A DNA stretch of 64,000 bases from Auanema rhodensis (Eukaryota; Animalia; Nematoda). Below the pieces are notes generated by a model, which had not been told where the DNA came from, made no database searches, and saw only the letters and a program-made list of their open reading frames with translations. Numbering within the stretch: the first letter of the stretch is position 1; every line of letters starts with the position of its first letter. The translations under genes were made by a program, and so were the position numbers. Positions 51,658 through 63,440 of the stretch are shown here, piece by piece. Where the stretch lies: the NCBI GenBank assembly GCA_964057225.1, contig OZ059896.1:8680001-8744000 (forward strand). The letters run 5' to 3'.

Positions 51658-54600
51658 ATGCAAAACGGGGAGTCAAAGGAGAATGGGGAGTATAAGGAAC
51701 ATTATGGAAGTGGAGCTGGTCTACCTTTGACAAAGACTGACAAGAATGATGGGAAGAAGATGCTTACTAATGGTTAGTCTATGTATTTGTCATCAAATAT
51801 TTTTGTCTCAAATTCTTTTGAAAATTAATAGTTTTTTTTAATGTAGGTTTAACGAGAACTCATCGGCTTTTAACAGAAGAAGAAATAGCACAAGGGAAGC
51901 CTGCTCGGTGGACCGAGTTGGAAATTCACGGTTTTTATAAGCTAATTTTTAATTTAATTTTTTTTTTGAAGGACGAGTTAAAAACCTTTCAAGTTCATTG
52001 TGGAGAGTTCAAAATCTTTCAGCTTTGTTTTTAAATGGAAATCAGCTTACTAAGGTTCCAAATGAGATTGCTCAGGTTTGTTTTCTTTAGTTCATATTCT
52101 CTTAATTTAATATTTAGCTTCGAAATTTGACTATGCTTGATTTATCACATAACAAACTGAGGACTTTACCAGCCGAGCTTGGTGATATGATTTCTCTTTG
52201 TCATCTTTATTTAAATCATAACCAGCTTCGAGTTCTTCCTTACGAGTTAGGAAAGTTGTTCCGGATCCAAACACTCGGTGAGTGGAACTGTTTTGTTTAG
52301 TTTTTTATTCCATTACTTTCTTTGCTATCATTGTCTTGTTCAAGATTTTTATATTGGACAATCTTAATTATTATTCGCTTTTTTCGTCAACATTTGATTA
52401 GTAAGCAATCACGAATTTGCTTATCACTCGCTACAGTTAAATCAGTGATAATGTTATCTTCTAAAAACTTTAATCTTCTAGTACTGTCAGTAGTTAATAT
52501 TGACAGTTTTATAAAAATTGTTTTTTACAAGCACTGGCTGTCTAGTAGTGAAAAAAAAGTATATGAATTACGTAATTTATTAAAATATTTCAGGATTACA
52601 AGGAAATCCTCTTTCTCCGGAAATTAATAAGATATATCATGAAGCTAACGGATCTTCAAAGCTTTTGCAGTTCTTACTTGATCATTTAGCCAGTAAGTTC
52701 ATTTTAGTTTTCTTCATGTTATTTCTATGATGATTCGTGCTCTCTTTCTCCGTTGTTGTCTCCAGAACGCTTCTTTTAGTATTTATTTGCTTCTGTTTTC
52801 TGAATCGTGAATAGCCTTATTGAGTTTTGGCTAGTTTCTCTATCTGTCTAGGGTATATGTGGCGCTCGCGATGGGCGGGACGCGGTCTGTTGCCGCGTTA
52901 TTTACCACAGAACGACTAGACCCCGCCTCTTAGGGTGCTATCATTGTATTGGCGTGGTGACTACTAAATTTTCTTCTTGCAGCTGCTCTCTGTCATAGCA
53001 CCAGCGTAGCTTTACCTTGTATTCATTTCCCCCATTGCCCTCATTTTTAGAATATCGAAATGTCCTGTTAATTGCTCGGTGCCCGTTATGTCGGACTGTA
53101 GTCGACACGGGCACCTCCGAACGGAGAGACAAAAATCGTGTTCTGAAACTACCTCATATTCTTCCTCATCATCTAGTTCACCTGGCTGCTCTAAAGAATG
53201 TTCGAATGGAGTTAAAGGTATTGGAAAACGCTATGCGCGAAGAGCCAAACGCTGGGCTGAACTACAAAATAGACGTAGCGGTACAGGAAGTGGACAAAGA
53301 AATTCTGGTCCACCTGAGCCTCCCCGAGTCTGTGATTTCGTCGAGCTAGCCCGAATGGGATCTGGCATTCTGCAAACCAATGAATCTAGTCATTTTTATT
53401 TGCCATCGGCGGGTCGTCGCTCTTTACCTTTTTCTATACTACAACCTCGTCGGCAAGAATATCAAGTATATTATCCTTCATATGAGCAACAAAATCAGCC
53501 TGTATACGTAACCAGGCGAACTAATGATTGTGGACAACGTAACTATATTTCTGTATATCAAGCGCCACCTGAATTGACTGTATATCCTGTACAAAATTCT
53601 ATATTTTCGACTGGTAATAAAATCGATCGGTCTTCTTTACTTCTGTCTGAACCCTCTTCTCCGGAATCACTTGACACACTCTCATTATTGACTGCGGATC
53701 TTGGTGCCACGTCTATATCGTCTCCAAGTTCCTCACTAAGTACTTCCTTCTCTAGTCAAGAAGCTGAAGATTTCCTACCATATTCACGTGTTCGTCATCT
53801 CTCTTCGGATTATCATGGTAATCAATTTATTGCTAAACGGTTTTTCTTAGTTAAACGAATGTACGAATTGTTACTAACTTTATTCATCACACCCCAATTT
53901 ATTAAAAAAGATTATTTTGTGCAAACTTGTTTCTAGCCCTATTTTGTAATTAAAAGCTTAAAGCTTTGCATTATTGTTGTGGTGTCCTTGGTTTCGGAAA
54001 ACCATTAGAGCTATGTCCCAATGACCTAGACTCACGCAAATCGTCCTGATGAATTTGTTCCATTTTTCATTGTATGAGGCTCGCCCTTGACTTTTCCGTA
54101 TTTGCTTCAAGAGGAATAGGTTTGGATTATTTTCTAGACTTGGCATTTTCAAATTGATTTAAGTTTTGAAAAGGTTGCGTGAAGAAACTGGGCTTTCTCA
54201 AATTCCATGAAATGTTTTACTAATGGAACAGACTGTCGATTTTTCCTTTTATGGGGGGATAAATATCTCTTTATTTCTGGGTTCTGAAGGTTATTGCTTG
54301 ATCGTGAAGCCGCACTTTCAAAGCAGCTCGCTCTTTTATCTCTCCTCTTTCGGTCCGATTCGTTTTCCTTTGATGGGTGTTCTGCGAACAAGAAAATGCT
54401 TGTCTGCTTAGGAGAACAGTGAATTAAACCAAAAAAAAAAATGAATAAAGCAAATATAGCATAAGTCAATGCAAATATTTAAATTTGATATAATGTTTTC
54501 AGTTAACACTCATCCTCCACCGGATCGTAATTGGGTTATGATAAGACATGCAGATCCTGATCGAGCAATAGGTTTGTTTTAATTTTCTAATCACTTTTTC

Positions 54601-57516
54601 TAAATGTTTCTTCTTATTTACTGCAAAACATTGTCAAGTTTTGTGTTTACTATGTTGTTTCGAATTTCTATGCCTATCATACATGTGGCTTTACGGTGGA
54701 ACAAGGCTAAACGTGTTTCTCTTTAGTCAGGCTTCTGCGCTAAAGTAGGGCCAGTTGCAAGCAAAAGCTGCTGTTGACTATTTTGTCATATCCTTATTAG
54801 TTGAATAATTTATTGAGAAAAAAGTTCGAATTCTTGAAATATACTTTTCATATCTATCAAAGTTTTTAATTATCATGTTTTTTGAAACCAAATCGGAGCT
54901 TGATATGAATTAAATAATGTTTATTCTCTGGAAAAGTATCAAAACTAGATGTCTATAATTTCAGCGACATTCACAGTACTTTGTTACAATGTGTTATGCG
55001 ACAAATATGCAACTGTTAATCAGTATTCATATTGTCCGTCATGGGCTTTAAATTGGGAATATCGTAAGGTGAACATCATGAAGGAAATACGAAACTATGA
55101 AGCAGACATCATTACGCTACAGGTTTGTAAGCATCTATTATTCCTGCGTCGCTAGGATCCTTCTTAAGCTTAAGCTAATCCGAACTTTTCTTTTTCCTCA
55201 CTGCTAGAATTCTAGATTTTTTGATCGATTTCTTTTCAAATATATATTCTTGAACATGTTTTCTTACTAAACACTTCTGTAATAGTATGGAAAGGAATCC
55301 ATATGTTTTATTAGAAATGTTTTCTCTATATCTTTGAAATATTTATTTTAAAATATTTTAAGTGTATTGTCATTCATAATGTTTTTCAAAATGTTATCAT
55401 AACATTTTTCAGGAAGTCGAAACTGAACAATTCCATCTGTTATTCCAACCAGAACTAAAGAGTCTTGGGTACAGTGGTATTTTCTCTCCGAAGTCTCGTG
55501 CAAAAACTATGAGCGAAGAAGAACGAAAGTATGTTGATGGTTGTGCCATATTCTGGAAAGCTGATAAGTGGGTTTTGCCTAATTTCTTTATTAATTAAAA
55601 ATATTCCTTTATTTTGCTGATTTCCAAGGCTCTTTGCATTATATTGTTAGCACTACGTGTCTGGGGAAACTACGTTGTCGCGCAAGAAAAGTGATGATGC
55701 GTGTGGGGATGGAGATTGCAAAGCAAACTCTAGAAGCGTTCCGTCAACACCTTTTGTTATGACCGTTTTCGTGTAGATCCTTTTTCGTGGGGAATCCGTT
55801 TCCTTCTGAAGGAAGCGGTGACACTGTAATCGCTTAGATACCTGAGACGATATAAGTGTTATTTTCAAATGTTTTTAACTCTAACAATCTAATGCAAAGA
55901 ACCTTGGAAAAGTTTAGAAAGGGGTTATAATTATAGTAATTTATATACTCAATACAGAAAGCAGACAAAAATTTGCTTTTTAGGTTTGAAATGGAAAAGC
56001 AACATCTGATCGAGTTTACATCATTGGTCATGAAAAAAGCCTCGTCATCTGAACATATGCTTAATAGAGTTATGCCTCGCGATAATATTGCTCTTTGTGC
56101 TGTTTTGAAGATCAGGGAAAATGTATATCCAAATAGTATGTATTTTCTCTTTGGTTTGTGAAAATATCCAATTTTGTACTAGGGCGAGTTGGAATGAATG
56201 CTACCGATAATGTGGTCGGCAGTCCGCTGGTCGTTTGTACTGCTCACATTCATTGGGATCCGGAATTCTGCGATGTTAAACTGGTTCAAACTATGATGCT
56301 GGCTCATGAGTTATATAAGCTTGTTGAAGAGGTGTACATTATTTCACTTTATTTTTTTACCGATTTGTTCCAGGTAGCAGAACAGTTTCACATTACAACA
56401 CAGCAAACACCTGTTCTGATATGCGGTGATTTGAACTCGCTCCCTGATTCTGGTTAGTTTTTTTCTGAACTTACTCTATGCTTTCAATTATGACTGCTTT
56501 ATCACTGGCTTGATTTCATTTCGTAGCATTGAATTTGAAAACAGAGCACTGAATGATTTGTATGCTCATATAATTCGGTGTATTTTTCCATTTGTTATTA
56601 TTGGCTTAACTATATAATAGACAAATTGAGAATATAGCACTCCTCAAGAAGATGAGCTGTGCTGGTGTCAAACTGTTTGTTCACGTTCCTTCTGCTGAAG
56701 CGTGGATCGTGTACGAGCTCATAAGCGGCAAAGTCTGCATCTCTTTCTATCCTTTATGTTTGCACTCTTTATTTGGTTGCGCATGTCGTGTCGCACTTTT
56801 CACGAAAACGAGAAGAGCTAGAAGAGGGATACGGTCCACTTCCGAAAAAAAATTTTTTTTTATTATTTTTCCAAGCAAGGGAGGGTGGTCTGGGGAGCAT
56901 TTCTCTTAATGTTTTCATTATGCTTAGTAATAAATAAGTGTTCTTTTTTTTTCCTTATCTTACTTTTCCAATATTTCAGTAAATGTGACTTATTTTTAGG
57001 TGTTTTTGAATTCTTATCTCGTGGAAAGGTTTTCCGAGGACATCAGGACTTGAAGGGATTCCGAGATGATAACACATTAGAGAAATTCTCATCTTCTTGT
57101 GATCCCACAAATCTTATGCATAATTTGCGGCTGGAATCAGCTGTTGATCAAAATACAATACCTTTCACGAATTATACGTATGTTTATATTTCACGAATAT
57201 TTCTTAGTAGTGCTTGTAGGTTGGAATTTAAAGGAATGATTGATTACATTTTCTCAACACCACAATCTCTGGCACGGCTTGGTATTCTTGGATCTTTCGA
57301 ACAATCATGGATTGCCAACAACAAAATTCTTGGTTTGAAGTTTTTCTAACTCTTTGGATTTATTTGATATTTTCAGGTTTTCCTCATCCTCATGTTCCAT
57401 CTGATCATGTTCCAATTATGGCTCAATATGCCATAATACCAACAAGTCATCAAAGAAATCATCCTCCTGTACACAATCCTCACAATTCAATGATGACCAT
57501 GGGCTTTCAGCGGTAG
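51658..57516 (+). CDS. ccr-4: CCR4 (CNOT6/6L) deadenylase, LRR plus EEP nuclease
   Basis: LRRs (LDLSHNKLRTLPAELG, LQGNPL); FTVLCYNVLCDKYAT, ADIITLQEVE, HIHWDPEFCDVK, CGDLNSLP, IDYIF, PSDHVP. Confidence 0.97.
53088..53817 (+). CDS. Candidate alternative first exon of ccr-4 (about 243 aa, Ser-rich/basic) giving an LRR-less isoform
   Basis: TTTTTAG at 53050, ATG 53088, long open frame, donor CATG|GTAAT at 53818 in phase 1, matching the phase-1 acceptor at 54502. Confidence 0.7.
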
Positions 57517-60500
57517 ACGTCTGACTAATTGGTAGTATTGTAGTGTATGTAGCTTACCTTGTATAACCTTTATTCTATTTCCGACGGTTGGGTGTTTTGC
57601 ATCTCTTGGATATAGCCACTTACCTAGTCGTGCGTAGCTATTTCCACTTGTATTTGAAATCTTTTCTTCCTTTCTACGAATCTCTGTCCCATTTACATGT
57701 CCTCCCTTATCCTTATATTCTGTGATGTTGGCTCGCGGGTCGGTCTTCGGGGCGCTGTCTCTCTCATCCAAGTTGTGGTTCTAGCTCTCTACTTGACCGC
57801 GCCTTCAACCATTTTTTGATATGTTATAACGTTTTATACCTGTCATCATCAATAGATATGTATTGTAGCTAGCAGCCTATAGTATGGCATACACTGGATG
57901 TATCAATACTCCTCTTCAGGTGTAGGTATTCCCGGTTTTCCCGTAACTATTCATACTGTAAATCCCCAAACAATACAAGGCTGAATACGATCCTCAAACA
58001 AACAAATTTCAAAAATTCGGAATAAATCTGTGGACTGCATTGCAGCATACCTAGGCGCCATTTTCAATTCCATTTCTTTTGGTAGCTTCCTTCGAACCCC
58101 GTTTAGACTTGTATTTCGTGTGTAGAATATGTTGAATAACATGAACAGAATCATGAAAGGCTCTAAAACCTCTACATCACTTTTCACCGTGTTAATTTTA
58201 TAATTATATTCTACTTAACTATTCAAACTTATCAAGGATTACTATCAGGTGTTATTGTTGTAACACTCTAAATATACTAATTATCAGATAGTCACTGTGT
58301 ATAGTACTATCTTGATTCTTATTTGATACCCATTTTTCTTGTTTTCTTAGAAAGTTTGAGGTGACTTCTGTTCTGTAATACATCCATTGACATACATACA
58401 CACTCCCGGCCGATGCACCACTATTTATGTTCCGAAATAATAGAACAATAAAAATATATAAAATATTTATTAATTTGATTTAATGCGACTGCTCGTCATG
58501 AGTTTATAATGAGAGACTGTTAGAGACATTGTTGTTTGCTTCGCGTGAATTTACATGTCATGTCTTCTTTTGTTCGCATACGCCCCGCTTTTCTCAAATT
58601 GAACTTGAAAAAAATGTTTGATAACAGCGAACATTGTATTATTTCTTGATACATTTCTGCTTTTTCGTATTTCTACGAACCACTAGGTACATGAAAAAAA
58701 TCAACTGTAGCTCTTTCTGTTGTGATAATTTTGAGAGTAGCGGTGATCCGAATCGTGCAGTGCACGGCGTAATACTACCTCGTACCCAGTATAAATACGT
58801 TCTGGGTTTTGCTTTGGCCCCCTTCCCCGTAACGCATTTTGTCATTGTCGTCTACAAGAGCAGAACTAGTCGAATATGGGTATTTTCCACTGGTTTGCTG
58901 CTTTTTTTTTCGTCGTTTTCGTCGTCACTGACACTTACTGCCTATTTGCACGTTTTACACGTTTTTTTTCTGAGATACGTCCCTTAGTCCCGCAACTTGC
59001 ACCAGACCCAGCAAAATCACCTTACTCCCTCTTATATAGCCAACTCCATCTTTATTTTGTCTATTTTACTTGGTTATATGTTCTATATCCGGGCCCACGA
59101 ACTAACTGATGATATCATCATCTTGTCCCTTTTGTGCATTTTCTTCGTATTATAGAAGACGGTATCTTTTTAATTTTCTCCTTTTCACGTTGTTGATTGT
59201 AGCTTGCTTTTGCGCTTGTAATGCAATCCTGAATGTATTTCACCTTTCTTGATTCGTTAAAGTGCACTTAACTTTGTTTATATCTGCTCGATGAATTAAG
59301 TTACCGTCTCACTGAAGTGAAGTCGATGGCATGATCTAAAAGTAATAAAATTTGAGTTTATATTTGTTCTCTTTTCTTCATATAAATATATACCAGTACA
59401 TGGAAATATTATTAATAATTTTCATTTTAATTTGTGTGCGACGTGGGAAATTTTGTTTTCATTTCTATGGTAATGCGTGAAGCTCAAATGAAATGCCGAA
59501 TAGTTGTAGTATTATGAACAAGTAAAGCCTTCAATTATGGAAAAGCTGAGGTTTGAATCAGAAAAATCTTATTTTATTTTAGTAGAAAGTACAAAGTAGT
59601 ATTTGTTAATTGTTTAATTGTTAAAATGTTATCATTTACAGTGATAGCAATGTTGACATTTGTTTTTGAAAATATGAAATAATTTGCTACATCATGAAAT
59701 ACTTGATATGAGTAATGTTCATTGGCAATATAAATTGATAATAAAGAAGAAATATACGGTTAAAGAACAACAAAAAGCAGAGTAGATTGCTTTTATAAGA
59801 AAAACTCACTAAATTATAATAAATAATTAGAATCAATATCCAATAAAAATAGAAAAAAAGGAATACCATCATATCTTATCTCAATCTTTTATTTGATTTT
59901 ATTATGTCTTTGATGCATATATACAACTAAAGGAAAAACAATTTAATGGTTAAAATATTTTTTTGAAAGGGTACAAAACGCCAGACAAGCTTGAGAGGTG
60001 TGCTAATCGAAAGAAGAAATGGATATATTGGAAAAAACTAGATCAAGTTTAAGTATTGAGATAAAAATGATTTAAAGATCCCTGTGCATAGTTTCTGACA
60101 AGTTACTTTCATATATCTAATATATAATAATAGAAAAACAAATGATATAATATTATACTTTAACTAAACAATTGCATATTACATTTATTCATGTTTTGTC
60201 TATTTCTAGTTATAAAACACATCAGACAAAAGATTTCCATAAGAGGAACAAGCTTGATGTTTAAAAGCTTGTTAAGTATCTCATAATTGATGGCTAAATC
60301 TGAAATGTTAAAGATTTCTTTAGATTGTTTCATAAATTCTTTATTTTTTAAATAAAAAACACCAACGAATAATATTAGAAATGATGTTCTTACAATATAT
60401 TTTGTACTACTGTTTCTATGTTTTTTTTTAATTTCAAAAACAAAGTAGAAGTTATGATTTTTTTAAAATTATTTATTTTTATTAAATATATACAAATGAC

Positions 60501-60929
60501 TGTTGTTTTCAAGTGAACAATTGGTTTTTTTTCAGATAAATGTATCTTGAAAAAAGAAAAAAGATATCTGATGTGAAGGAAAAATCATTTTCGTTTTCAT
60601 CTTATGCCAGAAAAAGTTATAAATGATTTCACAATGTAAATGGATTATTGCTTCAATTCCAAATAGGGGAACTAGCTTTTTATATGAAATAAACGTTCAC
60701 AAAATCGTTGGAATGGCAAGAGTTTTTCCCATTTTTTTTCAGTTGTCATTATGAATTTGTCTTTTTTTCAAATCTTTATCATGACTTTTCTGTCACTAGT
60801 TAAACGAAAAGCAGATGATCAAACAAATCCTTTGTATTGTAAAGATATGATGCATAGAGGTGAAAGCCTAATTCCAAATCATTTTTTGGCATTTCACTTG
60901 TGCAGCAGAGAATTGCTTAACATCAGAAT

Positions 60930-63440
60930 ATGCTTTTGCTCGGTTTCCTTTTACTTCCAAGCTTATCTAGTGCAGACTCATCTGAACTTATAAGATCAAA
61001 AAGACAATCTTACTATTATATATGCGGAGTATATCCTAACCAATATTATTCCATTTACCGTAAGTTTTGCTATTCTTTCTCTGTTTCTAATAAAACGAGA
61101 CGTCAATAAAGAGGTTGAGTACATTTCATAAACGGTTTCAGCTTGCGAATATTATAATCAACCGGGAGGTGGACAATGCATGAATGGAGGTACAAAGATT
61201 GGTGTTGGATGTTATTATGACTATCAGGTACAGATTTCGATTTCGGAAACAAAATTAAATAATGATGTTATGATTATAATATTGATTCTTTGCAAAGTGG
61301 AACTATAAAAGTATAACAATATCAAGATATATAGATAGAAAACAACAACTAAATGTTTTTTTTGTATACAAAGAAAATGAACTTCTGAGGTTTCGTTCCC
61401 GTAACTGAAATGGATATAATTCTACATTCTCTATCTCTTTGTTTCTAATACTATTCATAACTCTCTGTGACTCTCTTTGTTTTCTCCTATAACTTGAACT
61501 TTCTAACAGATTCAAGCCAAACCAGTTTTCCTATTGAGTTGATATGTAGTGGTAGTAATAGTATTTACTATAACGAAATTTCTTGATTCTGGAAATGACA
61601 TACATATGTGCGTTTGGCATCAACGTGAACAGTGCTTAAGAGAACACAAGATGATATTATGATGAGTACCTCTACATGTAAGACATGAGAATAGATAGAA
61701 ATCATTTGTTTACATAACAAATGAAAGTCTTTTATTCATTCTCATTTCCCGTTTTCTCCAGATTATTCATTGTTTCCCGATAGTTCTCATCATTGTTTTA
61801 TCATTTACTTCTCTATTATGATATTTGCGTTGTTTCGAAGATCAGAGAACTAGGCAAGGGAACCACAACTTCAATTTTATTCTCAAAAAAAATAAAAAGA
61901 AAAAGGGAAAAGATAATGCCGCTACATCATCCGATGAAAAGATCAGATTCATGCATACGTAGAATAGGAACTATAAAACCAGAAAACTGATTATAAAATA
62001 GTGATATGGTATAATTAGAACTTCGAAAAAGCTAAAATCTATATTTTTTCTGCTGTGAAAGTTGCCAATATTTCAAAACCTTGTTTCATACAGAAGAAAG
62101 AAAGCTTTTATTGATATTTATCTTAGCAATAATATATGAGAAAGTAAGAAAAAGACATATGAGAGATTATGTTTCAAAATTTCTAGAATATTATCTGAAT
62201 TTGAGAAAAACGTAAAAGTATTCGAATAATATTTTATACATAGCCATAGAAGTAGTAAAGAGCTTTCAAATTGCGTAATATACCCCACTTCTCCTGTAAC
62301 AACTTACTAATAATAAATTGAAAATAATTGACATTCGACATGTTTATGAGTAATTTAGATATAAATTCATCTGAAAATTAACAAATATTTTCAAAATATT
62401 CAGAAACAATTGAAATATTTTAGTGTACACCATATGCAAATGGAAGGGCTGTTGTATGTTCTAACTATTGTTGCTGTACAAAACCTCAGGCAACAACTCC
62501 ACCAAATCTTGGAAATTTAGGTAATTTAAATGATTTTGTATTTTAAAACCTAACAGTTGACTGAAAATGTATACACTCATAATACTACATCAAATATATT
62601 CAGCATTTTGTCACAATGGTCAAAGATCTAATGTTCGATGCAACTCAAATGCTGGATGTAGCACTGGACAGACGTGTATGAACGGATTATGCTGCTCAAC
62701 TACTGGAAATGAATGGCAAGGTAGACAAAATTACAAAAAACTTATTCAACAACATATTGATAATGTTGGATTATCATTGACGAAGTAAAATCAAGCCAAC
62801 GTTTGAAAATCTTAAGATAATGCATATAGTATGTATAATCCTACTTTTAATCCAAATACGTATATATGTGTGTAAACATTAGTAGATTTTATGTTATTAA
62901 AAGATATCTTTAGCATGAATAATTCAAAATTTGAATCTAATTTTAGGAGCATGTGGAGGACTTGCAGCTTTATCCGTTTGTAATAGTAATTCTTGTGGAC
63001 AATATATCTGTTCAACATCAAATTTCTGCTGTGAATGCCAATATGGACGAACAAGTGGAATATGCACAAATGTATTTCAGATTTATATTTATTGATATAT
63101 AAGCTTTTATTTTCGAATTATGTTATGATAGAAAAGATATTGTTCAATATTTTACTTATTATTATTTTTTGCAGGGCTGTCCTTCGGGATATTCTTGTTC
63201 TAGCAACGGTTATTGCTGCCCATTCTGTCCAAACGGTAATTTGCTTTCATTTTTTTAATTTTTGAAAATATGCTTATACTTTAAAAATACCTAATTAAGT
63301 TTTTTTTTCTTGAAATTAGTATAAAAACAACAATCATTGTTTTTTCTATTGCAGGACAAGCTCCATTTGGAACATGCTATAACGGTCAATGTGCTGCGGG
63401 ATATACCTGTCGAGCAGGAAACATCTGTTGTAATTCATAA
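60930..63440 (+). CDS. Secreted Cys-rich repeat protein (nematode CC/DC-domain-like) with RSKR propeptide site
   Basis: Signal MLLLGFLLLPSLSSA, RSKR, then repeats such as CSTGQTCMNGLCC, CPSGYSCSSNGYCC and CAAGYTCRAGNICC. Confidence 0.8.

Noticed and set aside
52996-53017. mir-83/miR-29-like seed TAGCACCA
   Set aside because: The rest of the sequence does not match and there is no long pre-miRNA hairpin
54040-54100. Hammerhead ribozyme (CUGAUGA)
   Set aside because: No stem II followed by GAAA and no compatible stems I and III
58634-59109. 117-aa and 77-aa ORFs downstream of ccr-4
   Set aside because: U-rich composition without a convincing start or gene structure; treated as possible extended UTR
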